NCBI RefSeq assembly: GCF_006345805.1
Contig: NC_042997.1
Coordinates: forward strand, 12,772,001 to 12,836,000
DNA length: 64,000 nucleotides
Direction: 5' to 3'
DNA from: Octopus sinensis
Lineage: Eukaryota
Shown piece by piece: positions 39,525 to 52,562 of the stretch (position 1 is the stretch's first letter; each line of letters begins with the position of its first letter). The notes beneath the pieces are model-generated. The model worked only from the letters and a program-made list of their open reading frames with translations, made no database searches and had not been told where the DNA came from. The position numbers and the translations under genes were made by a program.

Positions 39525-40797
39525 TGTCATTCTTTGCAGAATATTACACTCTGAGTAGTTCGCGAAAGACTACAACTTCTACATTTTCCGATAAAAATCT
39601 TCCGTATTTTATTTCGCACAGGATACTCAAAATCTGTTCTTTGCGCTGTAGTTACGTGAGAGACAGAACATACCGAAGAGACAGAACATACCGAAAAGAC
39701 AGAACATACAGAAGAGATCTTTGACACACCGGGCAAATGAAACTGAATCGTGACGTTAGGTAGTTATTCTCTCTAACCATCAAGCAGATGCCATTGTACG
39801 TTACAGCAATTTAGTCTGAAAGAAGGACTGAAACCGGCTGCTGTGAGGACAGCCAATAAGTATTACGATTCTTTACTACCCACAAGGGGCTACAAACAAA
39901 GGGGACAAACAAGGACAGACAAACGGATTAAGTCAATTACATCGACCCCAGTGCGTAACTGGTACTTATTTAATCGACCCCGAGAGGATGAAAGGCAAAG
40001 TCGAGCTCGGCGGAATTTGAACTCAGAACATAACGGCAGACGAAATACGGTTACGCATTTCGGCCGGCGCGCTAACGTTTCTGCCAGCTCGTTGCCTTAA
40101 CAGCCAATAAGTATTAGTTGCCGATCACATCTCGCTTGATCTGAATTTGTCATGCATCGAGATGTGTTAAGTCCTGTAGGCGGTACTTCTTTTCTTGTTT
40201 TTATTACTCTTAATGTTGCTGTCATTGTTGGCCTTCTTTCCACAATTAAGGCAATTACAGTTACTAAGGTTGTGTGTAGGTTCTATTATGTCTGTTGGTA
40301 TTGTAGCCGTTGTGGTTGTTGTTATTGATATGATATTAGTAGCGGAGGCTTCTCTTCAACTGTCTCTTTATCTCGCTGTTTGGACGAAAATTCTTACGGC
40401 TATTGGTGTTTCGAAAATTATAACAACTTGGACTTCTATCCTTCACCGTTTCCTTCTATTGCTACCCAAAGGGGATTACGTCGGGAATCCTGCTCAGTAT
40501 CCCAGGTTTCACCGGAATCTAAATCTCCAGCCCCATCCCAGCCCAGTTTTCCAGTGAAAATCGTCTTAGGCCTTGCTCTCCCCAATACAACACATTTCAC
40601 CCCCCCACCAGAAATCTAGATCTGGTTGTGAGTTCAAAATTTGTAACTTGATCATTCTCCGTCTCATGTTGATTCCTGTCACAGTAACTTCCATGATTCT
40701 ATGTGAGAGTGATGAGTGCTCCATATAAGGATTTCTGTGAGAGAAAACATCAGTATAAATACAATAAACCTGGCACCTTGTTACAAAACCAATGACA
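39525..40797 (+). mobile_element. LTR-like element, copy 2 (TGTCATT...AATGACA)
   Basis: 7-bp terminal inverted repeat, with TATAAATA and AATAAA within ~45 bp of the 3' end. No TSD found. Confidence 0.6.
39866..40099 (-). mobile_element. SINE C monomer (tail 1) with 17-bp TSD
   Basis: ACAGCCAATAAGTATTA at 39849-39865 and 40100-40116; single copy at the empty site 36734-36750. Confidence 0.9.
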
Positions 40798-40799
40798 TC

Positions 40800-41115
40800 T
40801 TGTTTGTATTTCTCAGCTTCCTAAAAGACTGAAATAATTTTTTTTTTTGCTTGTATTTTGTGGCTATTTGTATTAGATTTCCTTACTTCTCAAGTAGTTA
40901 TTTTTGCAGTCCTATGCTTGTTATTTTGTAATAGTTTTCTAGCTGTATATGGCTTCTACCACCTTTTATACGTTGTATATATAAACTTTCTATGTCAGAT
41001 TCTAAATCCTGTCATTATTTTTCTTGCTTTCCTGTCTATTTTGATTAGTTCCTTTAGTGTCCACTTAAGGATATTGTAGCTGTAACTTATAACTGGGATG
41101 GCTAAATTGTAGGCA
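40800..41115 (-). pseudogene. R4/Dong-like LINE post-RT (thumb) fragment
   Basis: NLAIPVISYSYNILKWTLKELIKIDRKARKIMT..SDIESLYIQRIKGGRSHIQLENYYKITSIGL..EAEKYKQ. Confidence 0.75.
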
Positions 41116-41380
41116 TTATGTGGATTCTCAAGTGCTTAGAACCCTCCTGATGATCCTTGCTGAGTGCTAAACACCTACTACGAACAGAGTTATTATTATA
41201 GTAGTGAAGGTGCTGGTGACACCGCATGCAAGGGATAACAGATTGCACAGAGGACATTATGCAATTACGTTCCTTACCTGTCATGAGTTCCAATAACACA
41301 TTTTGTTCTCAACATTCTGAAGCCAATAAATAAGGTATCATTCAAGTGTTGAAACCGATTTAGTTGATGCCATAGACGTA

Positions 41381-41523
41381 GGCGTAGGAGTGGCTGTGTG
41401 GTAAGTAGCTTGCTTACGAACCACATGGCAACTTGGGCAAGTGTTTCTAATATAGTCTCAGGCCGACCAAAGCCTTGTGAATGGATTTGGTGGAAGGAAA
41501 CTGAAAGACACCCATCGTATGTA

Positions 41524-41563
<40 letters not shown>

Positions 41564-41790
41564 CGTGTGTATACCTTTGTGTGTCTGTGTTTGCCCCCCA
41601 CTCAACATCGCTTGGCAACCGCTGCTGGTGTGTTTACGTCCCCGTACCTTAGCGGTTCGGCAAAAAAGACCGGTAGAATAAGTACTAGGCTTACAAAGAA
41701 TAAGTCCTGGGATCGATTTGCTCGATTAAAGGCGGTGCTTCAGCATGGCCACAGTCAAATGAATGAAACAATTAAAAGAGTAAAAGAGTA
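41381..41790 (+). mobile_element. SINE family B with a short deletion in the head
   Basis: Homology to the other B copies. Confidence 0.85.
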
Positions 41791-42152
41791 TATTTCTTCC
41801 AAATTAATAACCTCTAATATTCAAAATTAATAAGTAATGTTATACATCGTCAGGTGCAATGTCTCGCGTTTGAAAACAGGTGTCTGTCACTCAATGATTT
41901 TATTAATATAGCAATGATCATACCAGTATTTTACTGCCATCGAATGAATCTACCACGCTGTTCTTAGCAGTGTAAAAAGGTCTCAGAATGTCATTTGATT
42001 TTCGTGCAATCAAATAATACTAATAGTAATAGTTCAGGTGTAACAAAAATAATATAAATATTAGGCCTTTCTTCCGCGAAACATGTTGCTTATATACCAT
42101 TTGAAGCTTGAAAATCTAAATAAATAGGCATTTAATTTTATAGCTTAAAATA

Positions 42153-42320
42153 AGGCGGTGACCTGGTAGAATCATTAGCACGTCGGTCAAAACTCTTTGC
42201 GGGTTCAAATTCCGCCGAGGTCTACTTTACCGTTCTTCCTTTCTGGGGTCGATAAAATCAATTTCATCGACTTTTATCCGGTAATTGCTCGCCTGGTGCC
42301 AAACTCTGAAACCAATATTA
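42153..42320 (+). mobile_element. Decayed SINE C
   Basis: GGCGGTGACCTGGTAGAATCATTAGCACG...GGGTTCAAATTCCGCCGAGGTCTACTTT. Confidence 0.7.
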
Positions 42321-42392
42321 TACATTAAAATAAATCTTGCATCTTTATATGTACATGAGCAAACTGTTATTATAAGTTACATTTGAAATGAA

Positions 42393-42783
42393 GGAAGCAC
42401 TCCGTCGGTTACGACGATGAGGGTTCCGATGAGGGTTCCGATTCAACGGAACAGCCTGCTCGTGAAATTAACGTGTAAGTGTAAGTGGCTGAGCACTCCA
42501 CAGACACGTGTACCCTTAACGTAGTTCTCGGGGGTATTCAGCGTGACACAGGGAGTGACAAGGCCGGCCCTTTGAAATAAAGGTACAACAGAAATAGGAA
42601 GTAAGAGTGAGAGAAAGTTGTGGTGAAAGAGTACAGCAGGGATCACCACCATCCCCTGCCGGAGCCTCGTGGAGCTTTAGGTGTTTTCGCTCAATAAACA
42701 CTCGGAACGCCCGGTCTGGGAATCGAAACCGCGATCCTACGAGCGCGAGTCCGCTGCCCTAACCACTGGGCCATTGCGCCTCC
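42393..42783 (-). mobile_element. SINE family A, variant 2
   Basis: Reverse complement of 38742-39124. Confidence 0.9.
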
Positions 42784-43601
42784 ACCATATTTGGAATAAA
42801 CATACTGCGTTCAAATTACATATTCTCAAGAACAGGTGGTTGCTTAGTTATTTTTCGTAATATTTCAATACTGGATGGAGATATCGAAAAAAAGAATGAA
42901 AAAATAATCCGTTATGATAAACGAGTTAAATATATGACATGGCAATGAAAATTTTGCTGCTGAGATAGAAGCGAGTCTTTGAATAAGGCGATGACTAATC
43001 TTAATTTCGAACAGTTTCTCAAGGTTACAACATTTTTAAAACAAATAGGTTCGATTAAACCAAACCGGTATATAAGTGATTCATCGAATAAGAAAAGGAC
43101 TAGGGGCAAAGTTAACACCGTAGCAACTTCAAGATACAAATTTAGTAACGATGTTACTGAATAACACCAATAGGCGCTGGCGCACTTGATGCATGCATTT
43201 ATCAATTCATTTTCCAAGTAGCAGGTGAGTGTGTACCCCCAGGTTGTTGCTTAATTCACTTCAAACTTAATCATGAAAGACATTCCAAACATGAATATCA
43301 GGTCTTTTTCTATAGGCAGAATACATTAGGATTATAATATCTGCGGTAATCTTCACTTTTTTGTCAGTAGGTAAGTTATAATATGAAGAACATTTGGCTG
43401 TTATATCTGGCTCATCGAGCAAAAATATAAAAACTTCCTAGTTGACTTTATAGGTTGTTGACATTTTCTTATTTTGCATATAGGTCGTATAAGAAAGAAA
43501 ACCATGAAAATTCTTCTTGTAATTGGAGATGTCAAGTACGTTTATTATATTAGGTTAAATTCTTAGTCAACTAAGATCTGAAGGTGAAATGGAATATACA
43601 A

Positions 43602-43753
43602 GGCGTAGGAGTGGCTGTGTGGTAAGTAGCTAGCTTACGAACCACGTGGTTCCGGGTTCAGTCCCACTTCGTGGCATCTTGGCCAAGTGTCTTCTACTAT
43701 AGCTTCGGGTGGATGTGGTAGACGGAAACTGAAAGAAGCCCGTCGTGTGTATG

Positions 43754-43786
<33 letters not shown>

Positions 43787-43916
43787 TATATATATCGTGA
43801 CGTATATTTGCCATTTCAATATGGCTAACCCCTAAGGGTGGATGCTACTGTAGTTTTTAGCCCCAGGAAGACACACTCCTCCAGCTGGCCATAGACACAC
43901 TTTCTGTGCCCTATCA

Positions 43917-43951
<35 letters not shown>

Positions 43952-44172
43952 AGTATGTGTACGTTTTTGTGTTTCTGTTTGCCACTCTCCCAACATCGAT
44001 TGATAACCGATGCTGGTGTGTTTACGTTCCCGTAACTTAGCGGTTCGGCATAAGAGATCCGAAGGAATAAGTACGAGGCTTACAAAGGATAAGTCCTGGG
44101 GTCAATTTCCTCGACTAAAGGCGGTGCTCCAACATGGCCACAGTCAAATGACAAAAACAAGTAAAAGAGCAA
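43602..44172 (+). mobile_element. SINE family B carrying a ~120-bp insert in its central (TA)n
   Basis: B head and tail are separated by unrelated sequence at ~43796-43918. Confidence 0.85.
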
Positions 44173-44554
44173 AAGTGTTGCTAAAAGTTATTTGCGAATG
44201 AAATCCTTTAACGCATTCTAATAAAAACTTAGCTGAGAAGAGGAAAGAGATAGATCTAGAAAGGGAGCACTCTTATATTAAACACAATTTTCTTTAATAC
44301 TTATAAAGGAAAAAGCATATAAGCGGATAAAACGACACAATTGCAGAGAAATCAACTCGTAAATATATAATGAAAACAAAGAGAAAAAAGATGTAGTGCG
44401 CGCGTTGAACACATGTAAAGCAGATTGCAACCAAATTTCTGTGCAAGTTTCTCAGCAGAAGATTAACTGTAAGTTTTTCAGTTCAGAAAATCATTTACGA
44501 ATCTAACTATAATTGATGTAACTTTTAGTCTCTCAGGCTAAATGTCTACACATA

Positions 44555-44728
44555 TTCAGTACATTCGTGCGTATAAATGTACATACATACACACATATAC
44601 ATACATATATACATATATATATATAGGCAGATAGATAGATATGTATGTACATGTATATGAAGACGCAAATATGTGTGACTATCTATCTGTGTATCTCTCT
44701 CTATATATATACACACACACACATATCT

Positions 44729-44775
<47 letters not shown>

Positions 44776-45000
44776 AACATATGCAAATATAAGTACACTC
44801 ATGCACAGAGATGTTCGCACACACACGCACACACACACACGTATACATTATAGTTATATATACAGGTGTGTGTTTATATTCATATCTATATCTATATATA
44901 TATATATATATATTCATATATATATACATACATATATGTATATTCATATATATATATTCATGTATATATTTATTCATGTATATATATAGGTATGTATATC
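44555..45000. repeat. Compound (TA)n/(CA)n low-complexity tract
   Basis: Read directly from the sequence. Confidence 0.9.
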
Positions 45001-46046
45001 AAATTCAAAGAGTTACGAAGCATATGTATTAACAGCAAAATTGTTGTAATCATCTTAGAATGTAATGAAAACGTTCTCGACACAGCTGATCTTTAATAAT
45101 GAGAATTGTCAATAGAATAACCATACGTAGTTTTAATCTATATTATACGATAATCTATATTATACGATATATTACATGAGTACCACATGTGTTTTTGTGA
45201 TTGTTATCAAATATTAATCGCTTGTTCAAAGTTAGTTTTAAAACTCTTTGTTTCTACATGAGTGTATTTAAATAATATTAATTTTTCTCACAAAACATCG
45301 ACTCAAATGCAATTGTTTCAATATTGGTGAGCACGAGGCATTCGGAGAAATGTCTTGAAGCATATGGTTGATTCTTTTCTTTTATTCGAAAGTGTTTGTT
45401 GCCGATACTGAATATGATATGCAAGGAAACATGAAGAAAAATATATATGCAACTTGTTCATAAATTTTCCTTACAACTTCAAAAATTTATGGTATTTTAT
45501 CGTGTTCCGTATAACCAATAGAACCAGCTTAAATTGTTCCGATGTTTCTAATAAAACTTTGCCAATTAACTTTGCTAAGTTCTCTTTATTATACATTTTT
45601 CACTGAATTTTTATGGTCACACTGAACATATGTGTGTGCTTGTGCTTGCACAGACATACACATACACCCCGGCATACACGAACACATACACGCACGAAAA
45701 CACACACATATATTGGTCTTAATACGGATTCTATTGCTAATAATCTTTTTGTTTATATACACATGTAAATCTCTGAATGTACAATAAGGTATTGCATCAG
45801 CACTGACCTGTGAGTGTACTGCTTCTAAAATAATGAAGTTGATTACATAATGCCTGTACCATTTTCATTTCACGACTTGCATATTACGCTCCGTATTCTA
45901 CAAACGATTTATTCTGAAGCATTTGTATATTAGTTTCTAAAAACAGGTTATGATTATCGCTGTGTCTAAGCGAAATCGTAAAATATCTTCATAAATACAT
46001 ATATTATAATCACACACGCACTCACACACATTTTCATACATCCGTA

Positions 46047-46110
46047 TATGAGATGTGCCGAAAATTTCCTGGCTTTAAGATTATCACGAAAGGCCTGGTG
46101 AACAACTGCT
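46047..46110 (+). mobile_element. Possible mariner-type TIR fragment
   Basis: TA|TGAGATGTGCCGAAAATTTCCTGGCTTT resembles TA|CGAGG..CTGAAAAGTTCC mariner ends as I recall them; no partner TIR seen. Confidence 0.3.
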
Positions 46111-46549
46111 CCTCGTGCTGCTGAATTTCACCCAAACAATCAGTTGTGCAAAACGGCTTATCGATGAACGTCATGGTTCACTACTACTGTTATCAAGCCT
46201 AATTTAGACTAATAACGGAGAATAATTCCTATGTTATATTTATACACCCTGAAGAGATCGTACTAATAATGCATAAATCACTGCATATAAATATGCAACA
46301 ATATGCAATTAATGCAATCGGAAATGTGTTGGACAATTATGAATAAACCAACTGTAAATAAACAAAGTTTGATTGTTCGGATTCTTCATTCTTCTTATCA
46401 ATAGTGTATTTTACACTCTAAGTAGCTAGGGAAAAACTGACTTCGGTAAATGAATTTTACTATTAAACACATCACTGGAAGGAACCAGCCTTGGCATTTT
46501 ACACACTGAGAAATTCGTTGTATGCTTGGATATCCTACGCCTCCCCTTA

Positions 46550-46589
<40 letters not shown>

Positions 46590-46717
46590 TCATTTTGTCT
46601 TTTACTTATTTTAATTACATCACTGCGGCCATGCAGGGTCACCGCCTTTAGTCGAACAAATCGACCCCAAGACTTATTCTTTGGAAGCCTAGTACTTTTA
46701 CCTTGTTATTTTAATCC

Positions 46718-46789
46718 GGTCAGACCTAGATTTCAAATTTTTTTTAGCAAATAAAATAATTTTCTAGGCGAAATTTCTCGTCAGTGACC
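46718..46789 (-). ncRNA. Type I hammerhead ribozyme motif, near-complete
   Basis: GGTCA CTGACGA G AAATTT..AAATTT GAAA TCTAGG TC TGACC: 5-bp stem I, GUC cleavage triplet. Confidence 0.7.
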
Positions 46790-46984
46790 TCACCATAACA
46801 CTAACATATAATTAAGAGACGAATAACACGTGTCTCATGGTTATACATTATGACTTTTCAAATTCACTGCACAAGCGCAGTTACAGTCGGCAATAAATGA
46901 ATAAATGCCGAAATAATCTTTTAAAATTGCTAAATATACGTAAAATATAGGGTAGTCAGTTATATATATATATATATATAATAT

Positions 46985-47160
46985 ATATATATATTATATA
47001 TATATACGACGGGCTTCTTTCATTTCCCGTTTACAAAATCCACTCACAAGGTATTGGTCGGCCTTAGGTTAAATTAGACGACACTTGCCCAAGATGCCAC
47101 GCAGTGGAACTGAACCCGGAACCATGTGGTTGGTAAGCAAGCTTTTTACCACACAGCCAT
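46985..47160 (-). mobile_element. SINE B 5' half; a matching B tail fragment lies at ~46600-46697
   Basis: Homology to the B head and body. Confidence 0.8.
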
Positions 47161-47479
47161 ATATAAAATCGTGATATTTTTCTTAGTATTTCCATGTTAG
47201 ACACTCACACCCGTGGTAAACGACATCTTACCTTATTGACCTGCAGTGTTTTTAAGTTTGCTATTTAGTTCTAAATCCCTTTTAGATATTCACATAATTT
47301 ATGGAGGACGATATCTGTGCTACCAAAGCAAATTACCATCAACCGGAAATCTAAAATGAGATATGAATACTCGTCAAACCAGGTGTGTTAGTAATATCAG
47401 TTGCTTTTGACAAGGAACAATCTAGCTACTCTGCCGAAGAAAAAGTAAAATACGTTTCATCCATCACGAAGTTTCTTAG

Positions 47480-47680
47480 GAATATTGGTTTCAAATTTAG
47501 GCTCAAGGCTAGCAAGTTCTGGGGAGGGGGTGAGTCGATTATATCGACCCTGGTCCTAATCTGGTTCTTATTTTATCGACACCGAAAAGACAAAGGGTAA
47601 AGTTGACCACGGCGGAATGTTATCTTAAGACGTTGAGACGGATGAAATGCCACCAAGCGTCTTGCTTGACGTGCTAACTT
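47480..47680 (-). mobile_element. Decayed SINE C
   Basis: GTCGATTATATCGACC...AAAGTTGACCACGGCGGAAT motifs. Confidence 0.65.
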
Positions 47681-49181
47681 TTTCTTAGGTATGCTAGGAA
47701 AAATTATTTGAAATTTGGCACGGAGACAGTTTGGATGCATGTTATTCAACTGTACCGAGCCAAAGGATTGCTTTTTAAATATATACTACAAATGGTTCTG
47801 ACTAATATGCATAAGGATACGCGTTCATTGTAGAAAGTTTGTGCGCTGGCCTGGGAAACGAAGAAACTTCAATAGACAGAAATATTTGTAGCTACTAAAG
47901 CAGCCGTATCGAGCCCAGACTTCTACTATTTTAACGACCCTGAAAAGATGATAGGCAAAGTTGACTTCAGCAGAATTTAAACTCCGATTATAATGAGCTG
48001 GATCTAATATGGCCTATTTTCCAATTATGTTACATTCGTAACAGTCTATCAAGTGGGTGTAGTTATTAAAAACAATATAAATGAAACAGCTTAAATCAGA
48101 ATCGAATGCAAGTCGTTGTAAGAGGAAATCAAAGGACTTTTTTTCTCAAATATACTACAAATTGTTCTGGCTAATATGCATAAGGGTCTGAATGCTTTGT
48201 AGAATGTTTAAGCTCTGGCCTGGGAAATGAAGTGAAATTTCATTTCAATAGATAGCTACAAGGGCAAAAGTATTTGTAGCCATTTCTGCTAAAAGTAACC
48301 AGTATATTTTGACATATTCGTTAATGCCAAACAGTATATTCCTTTTCATAAAGTCGAGTATTATTTTTGAGCAACTACGAAGGATGACAGTTAGTCAAAT
48401 GAAATGGAGTTTGAACTAAAACCCCAAGGGGAGGTGAGTACGTTCCACTTTACCGATAGAATTATCAATATAGATGCATAAAAAACTACAACATATAAAT
48501 GTGATTCCCTGGAGACTGTCTCAGTTTAAAATTGAAGTAGCTTTCTCGCTGATAATTAGCTTATAGATTACGTTGTTTTGAAAGAGATATAAATGATGAA
48601 AATAAAATACCAAAGGTATTTTTTACACATGTGAATTTTACCATATTGAATTATTATAATGAAGATATTGGAGAGCTATTACATAGTACCTCAGTCTGCT
48701 ATTATTAGCAATCAAACTCCATTCAGATAAACCACACAGTTTTACACAAAGCAAAAAAGAAAAAAAAAACTTACTGGTTAACGTAGTCCGAAAGACACTT
48801 TAAAATACAGGATGGCCATTGTTTGAATGACTTGCTGGTCTGAACTCAACAAAAGAAAGAGCAATAATAGGTACAGCAGCAGCAGTATTAGTTGTTGTCG
48901 TCGTATTAGTCATACTAGTAGTAGTATCATTTTATATTACAGGAGTGTCACACTAGGTGTGACTGAAGAATATCTTATTAAATGAGTTCAACTTGCATTA
49001 ACTACATTTAAGTCATAAAAGACAACTTAGAATACACAAAGATTAGTGGTACAGTAGCCTAGATCAAATATAACATGTTGGGTTTACTTATACACCTAAG
49101 AGACAGATGTTTTATTTCTAAACTGTATCCATAAAATTCAGTTGGATATTCATGCACGAAATCTCTTAAAAAATATATTTA

Positions 49182-49564
49182 TATTTCTTTACTGCCCACA
49201 AGGGGCTAAACATAGAGGGGACAAACAAGGACAGACAAAGGGATTAAGTCGATTATATCGACCCCAGTGCGAAACTGGTACTTCATTTATCGACCACGAA
49301 AGAATGAAAGGCAAAGTCGACCTCGGCGGAATTTGAACTCAGAGCGTAACGACAGACGAAATACCTATTTCTTTACTACCCACAAGGGGCTAAACATTGA
49401 GGGGACAAACAAGGACAGACACACGGATTAAGTCGATTACATCGACCCCACTGAGTAACTGGTACTTATTTAATCGACCCCGAAAGGATGAAAGAACGTA
49501 ACGGCAGACGAAATACGGCTCCCCATTTCGCCCGGCCTACTAGTGATTCTGCCAGTTCGCCGCC
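49182..49564 (-). mobile_element. SINE C dimer (tail-1 + tail-1)
   Basis: Two TATTTCTTTACT(G/A)CCCACAAGGGG tails, junction at ~49365. Confidence 0.85.
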
Positions 49565-51399
49565 TTTTAAAAATATATTAATTCATCTGATATGGATTAG
49601 TTTTTAGATATATCATATAAGAGATTAAATTGATTTTAACTGGCAATACATGTATACATACACAACTACAAAATAAAGAAAATAAATCAATAATAGATTT
49701 TTGAGATCGAATATCAGAAAGATCAGTTGGATAAGTCATAATGATGTCTACAGCATTCGACATATAATCTAACACTTAGTATCATAGGAACTGGAAGAAA
49801 CGATTATAAATTCTTTTTTTTCTCTCGATCATTAACATAGCGATGCGTCTGCGATGCCAGTTATAATACAATTATTCTCTCTGCAATTCTTATTTCAGAC
49901 AGCAAGAACACATGTTTTTATTGAATATTATAATTATTTAACGTATTCGATGCTTCCACTTAGCATTAATTCTTACTTATTCCTCTCCCTCTCCTCCCTC
50001 TTTCCCTTTCTTACTCTCTATCTATTTGTCTGTCTGCCTCACTCTTCTAGCAATGATTACTATTCTTTAGACATTAACCAACAATTCCTCCTACTACCAG
50101 AGAGTCAAGTTCCTTACATAAATGTTATCTGCATTCAACTACCACTGGGTAGATGGTATATTGCCCACCAGTAAAAACGATTTCGAATTCCTGCATCCCA
50201 CTGACATATCTAGTAAATAATCTTTGTTATCGATGTTTCTGATACTGAAGCTTCACCGGACAATAGGACACACGAATTCTTTATTTTCTTTTGCTCAGCC
50301 CTTACCTTTGGCAATGTAAGCAGTAGATTCCCCAAGAGATCATCTTCAGTTACAAAGAATGCGAGCCAATCTGCATCTGTTATTTTGTAGATCTGAGATA
50401 ACATGCTTCCAGGCGTGTCCAGCTTTTATGTAATACTGTATTCCCAATGCTATATGACATTAATTTTCTGAACATTTTGTTTTTCAGTCATCTCTGTACT
50501 TAATGTATTGCAGCTGTTCTAAACAAGAGACAGAATCCCCGAGCTATAAGTACTGATTTCTGCATCAAAGACACTGGATTGATAACCAGAAGCATTATTG
50601 TAATAGTGTATTTCATTCTTCCGTTTTGCTCTAAATTATAGCAACATTTTCTTCGGATTTTCTCATTAGAAGAACAGAGAACATCTGGAGGAAAGTTAAA
50701 AAGATTTTCAGTAAGCGAACATTCATTTCGCCATCTATATACACTATGTACTTTGTACGCTTCTATTTAAATACATGTTCACATGACGTTTAGCTTTACA
50801 TGGTGGTATTGTGTGCTATTATTCGTGCTGACAAGGTGCATTAAGTTTGATGAGTCATTGTTATGAGTTCAAATCGACAGAATGCAGCGGCAGCATTTTA
50901 TGTTGTGAAAAGAAGTCATTTATCAATAAAGAAATTATAAAAATGATAAAATGCTCGAGGACACTAGATTTTGTTTCGATTTATATATAAAACGAATAGA
51001 CTACATTTTTTCTACTAATAATTCTGAATCTAAAACTGCTTGTCCAGAACCTGCTAATTTGGGACTAAATAGCCTCTCTCAAACTCTCTGCTTCTTTACT
51101 GTCTTGCCTCATCTCACTTTACACATTCTACACATGCCCATGAGCACACACACACACACATATATATATACACACATTGATTCACACACATACGCACACA
51201 ATGGACAGGTTGCTAGACAGGCAGGAATACAAACGCAAAGATAGTTAAGTAGACAAATAATATTTCATAGATTGATACACGCATGTACGTGTGTATGGAA
51301 TCGCAGATGTAAATATTATGTTCCAGTCAATTGAAGAGTTAGCTCTCTTTATTCGGTTCGATTTGTCAATGTATTCTTTTAATTCCTTTTATTTGTCTC

Positions 51400-51600
51400 A
51401 GTCGTTTGACTGCAGCCATGCTGGAGCACAGTCTTGGAGGGGTTTAGTAGAGTAAGTCGAACACCGGGCTTACTTTTTAAAGCCTTATACTTATTCTATC
51501 GATCTTTTTGGTTGAATGGCTAGGTTACGAGGACGTAAACAAACACACCAATCTGGTTGTAAAGTGGTGATGGGGACAAACACAAAAACACACGCGCGCA
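51400..51600 (-). mobile_element. Decayed SINE B 3' half
   Basis: TTGACTGCAGCCATGCTGGAGCAC...GGACGTAAAC...GGGGACAAACAC. Confidence 0.7.
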
Positions 51601-51611
51601 CACCACACATA

Positions 51612-51775
51612 TATATGTATATTATATATATATATATATAATATATTATATATATGTAGTGTATATATATATATATATATTATATCTATATATATAGTAT
51701 GTATAATATATATATGTATGTATATATATATATGTTATGTATATATTATATGTATATATATATATATATATGTTG

Positions 51776-51809
<34 letters not shown>

Positions 51810-51974
51810 TATATATGTATATATATATAATATATATATTGTATGTATATATATATATATATATATGTATGTAATATATATATATATAATATGTATATAT
51901 ATATATATCTGTATGTATATGTATGTATATATATATATATATATGTATAGTATATAATAGATATATATGTAATA

Positions 51975-52018
<44 letters not shown>

Positions 52019-52019
52019 G

Positions 52020-52054
<35 letters not shown>

Positions 52055-52064
52055 TATATATGTA

Positions 52065-52115
<51 letters not shown>

Positions 52116-52177
52116 GATATATATATGTATAGATATATATATATGTCTATATATATAATATGTATATATATATATGG

Positions 52178-52208
<31 letters not shown>

Positions 52209-52212
52209 TATG

Positions 52213-52247
<35 letters not shown>

Positions 52248-52314
52248 GTATATATATATATTATATATGTATGTATATATATGTATAATATATATATATG
52301 TATATATATATATG

Positions 52315-52361
<47 letters not shown>

Positions 52362-52396
52362 GTATATATATATTATATAATGTATATATATATATG

Positions 52397-52452
<56 letters not shown>

Positions 52453-52528
52453 TATGTATATATAATATATATAATATGTATATATATATATATATATAGT
52501 ATATTATATATATATGTATATATATATG

Positions 52529-52562
<34 letters not shown>

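Noticed and set aside
36057-40797. DIRS-type retrotransposon with inverted terminal repeats
   Set aside because: The spacer holds only SINEs and simple repeats; no RT, RNase H or tyrosine-recombinase motifs were seen.
47781-48256. ~100-bp direct repeat 370 bp apart
   Set aside because: A diverged local duplication with no termini or other structure.
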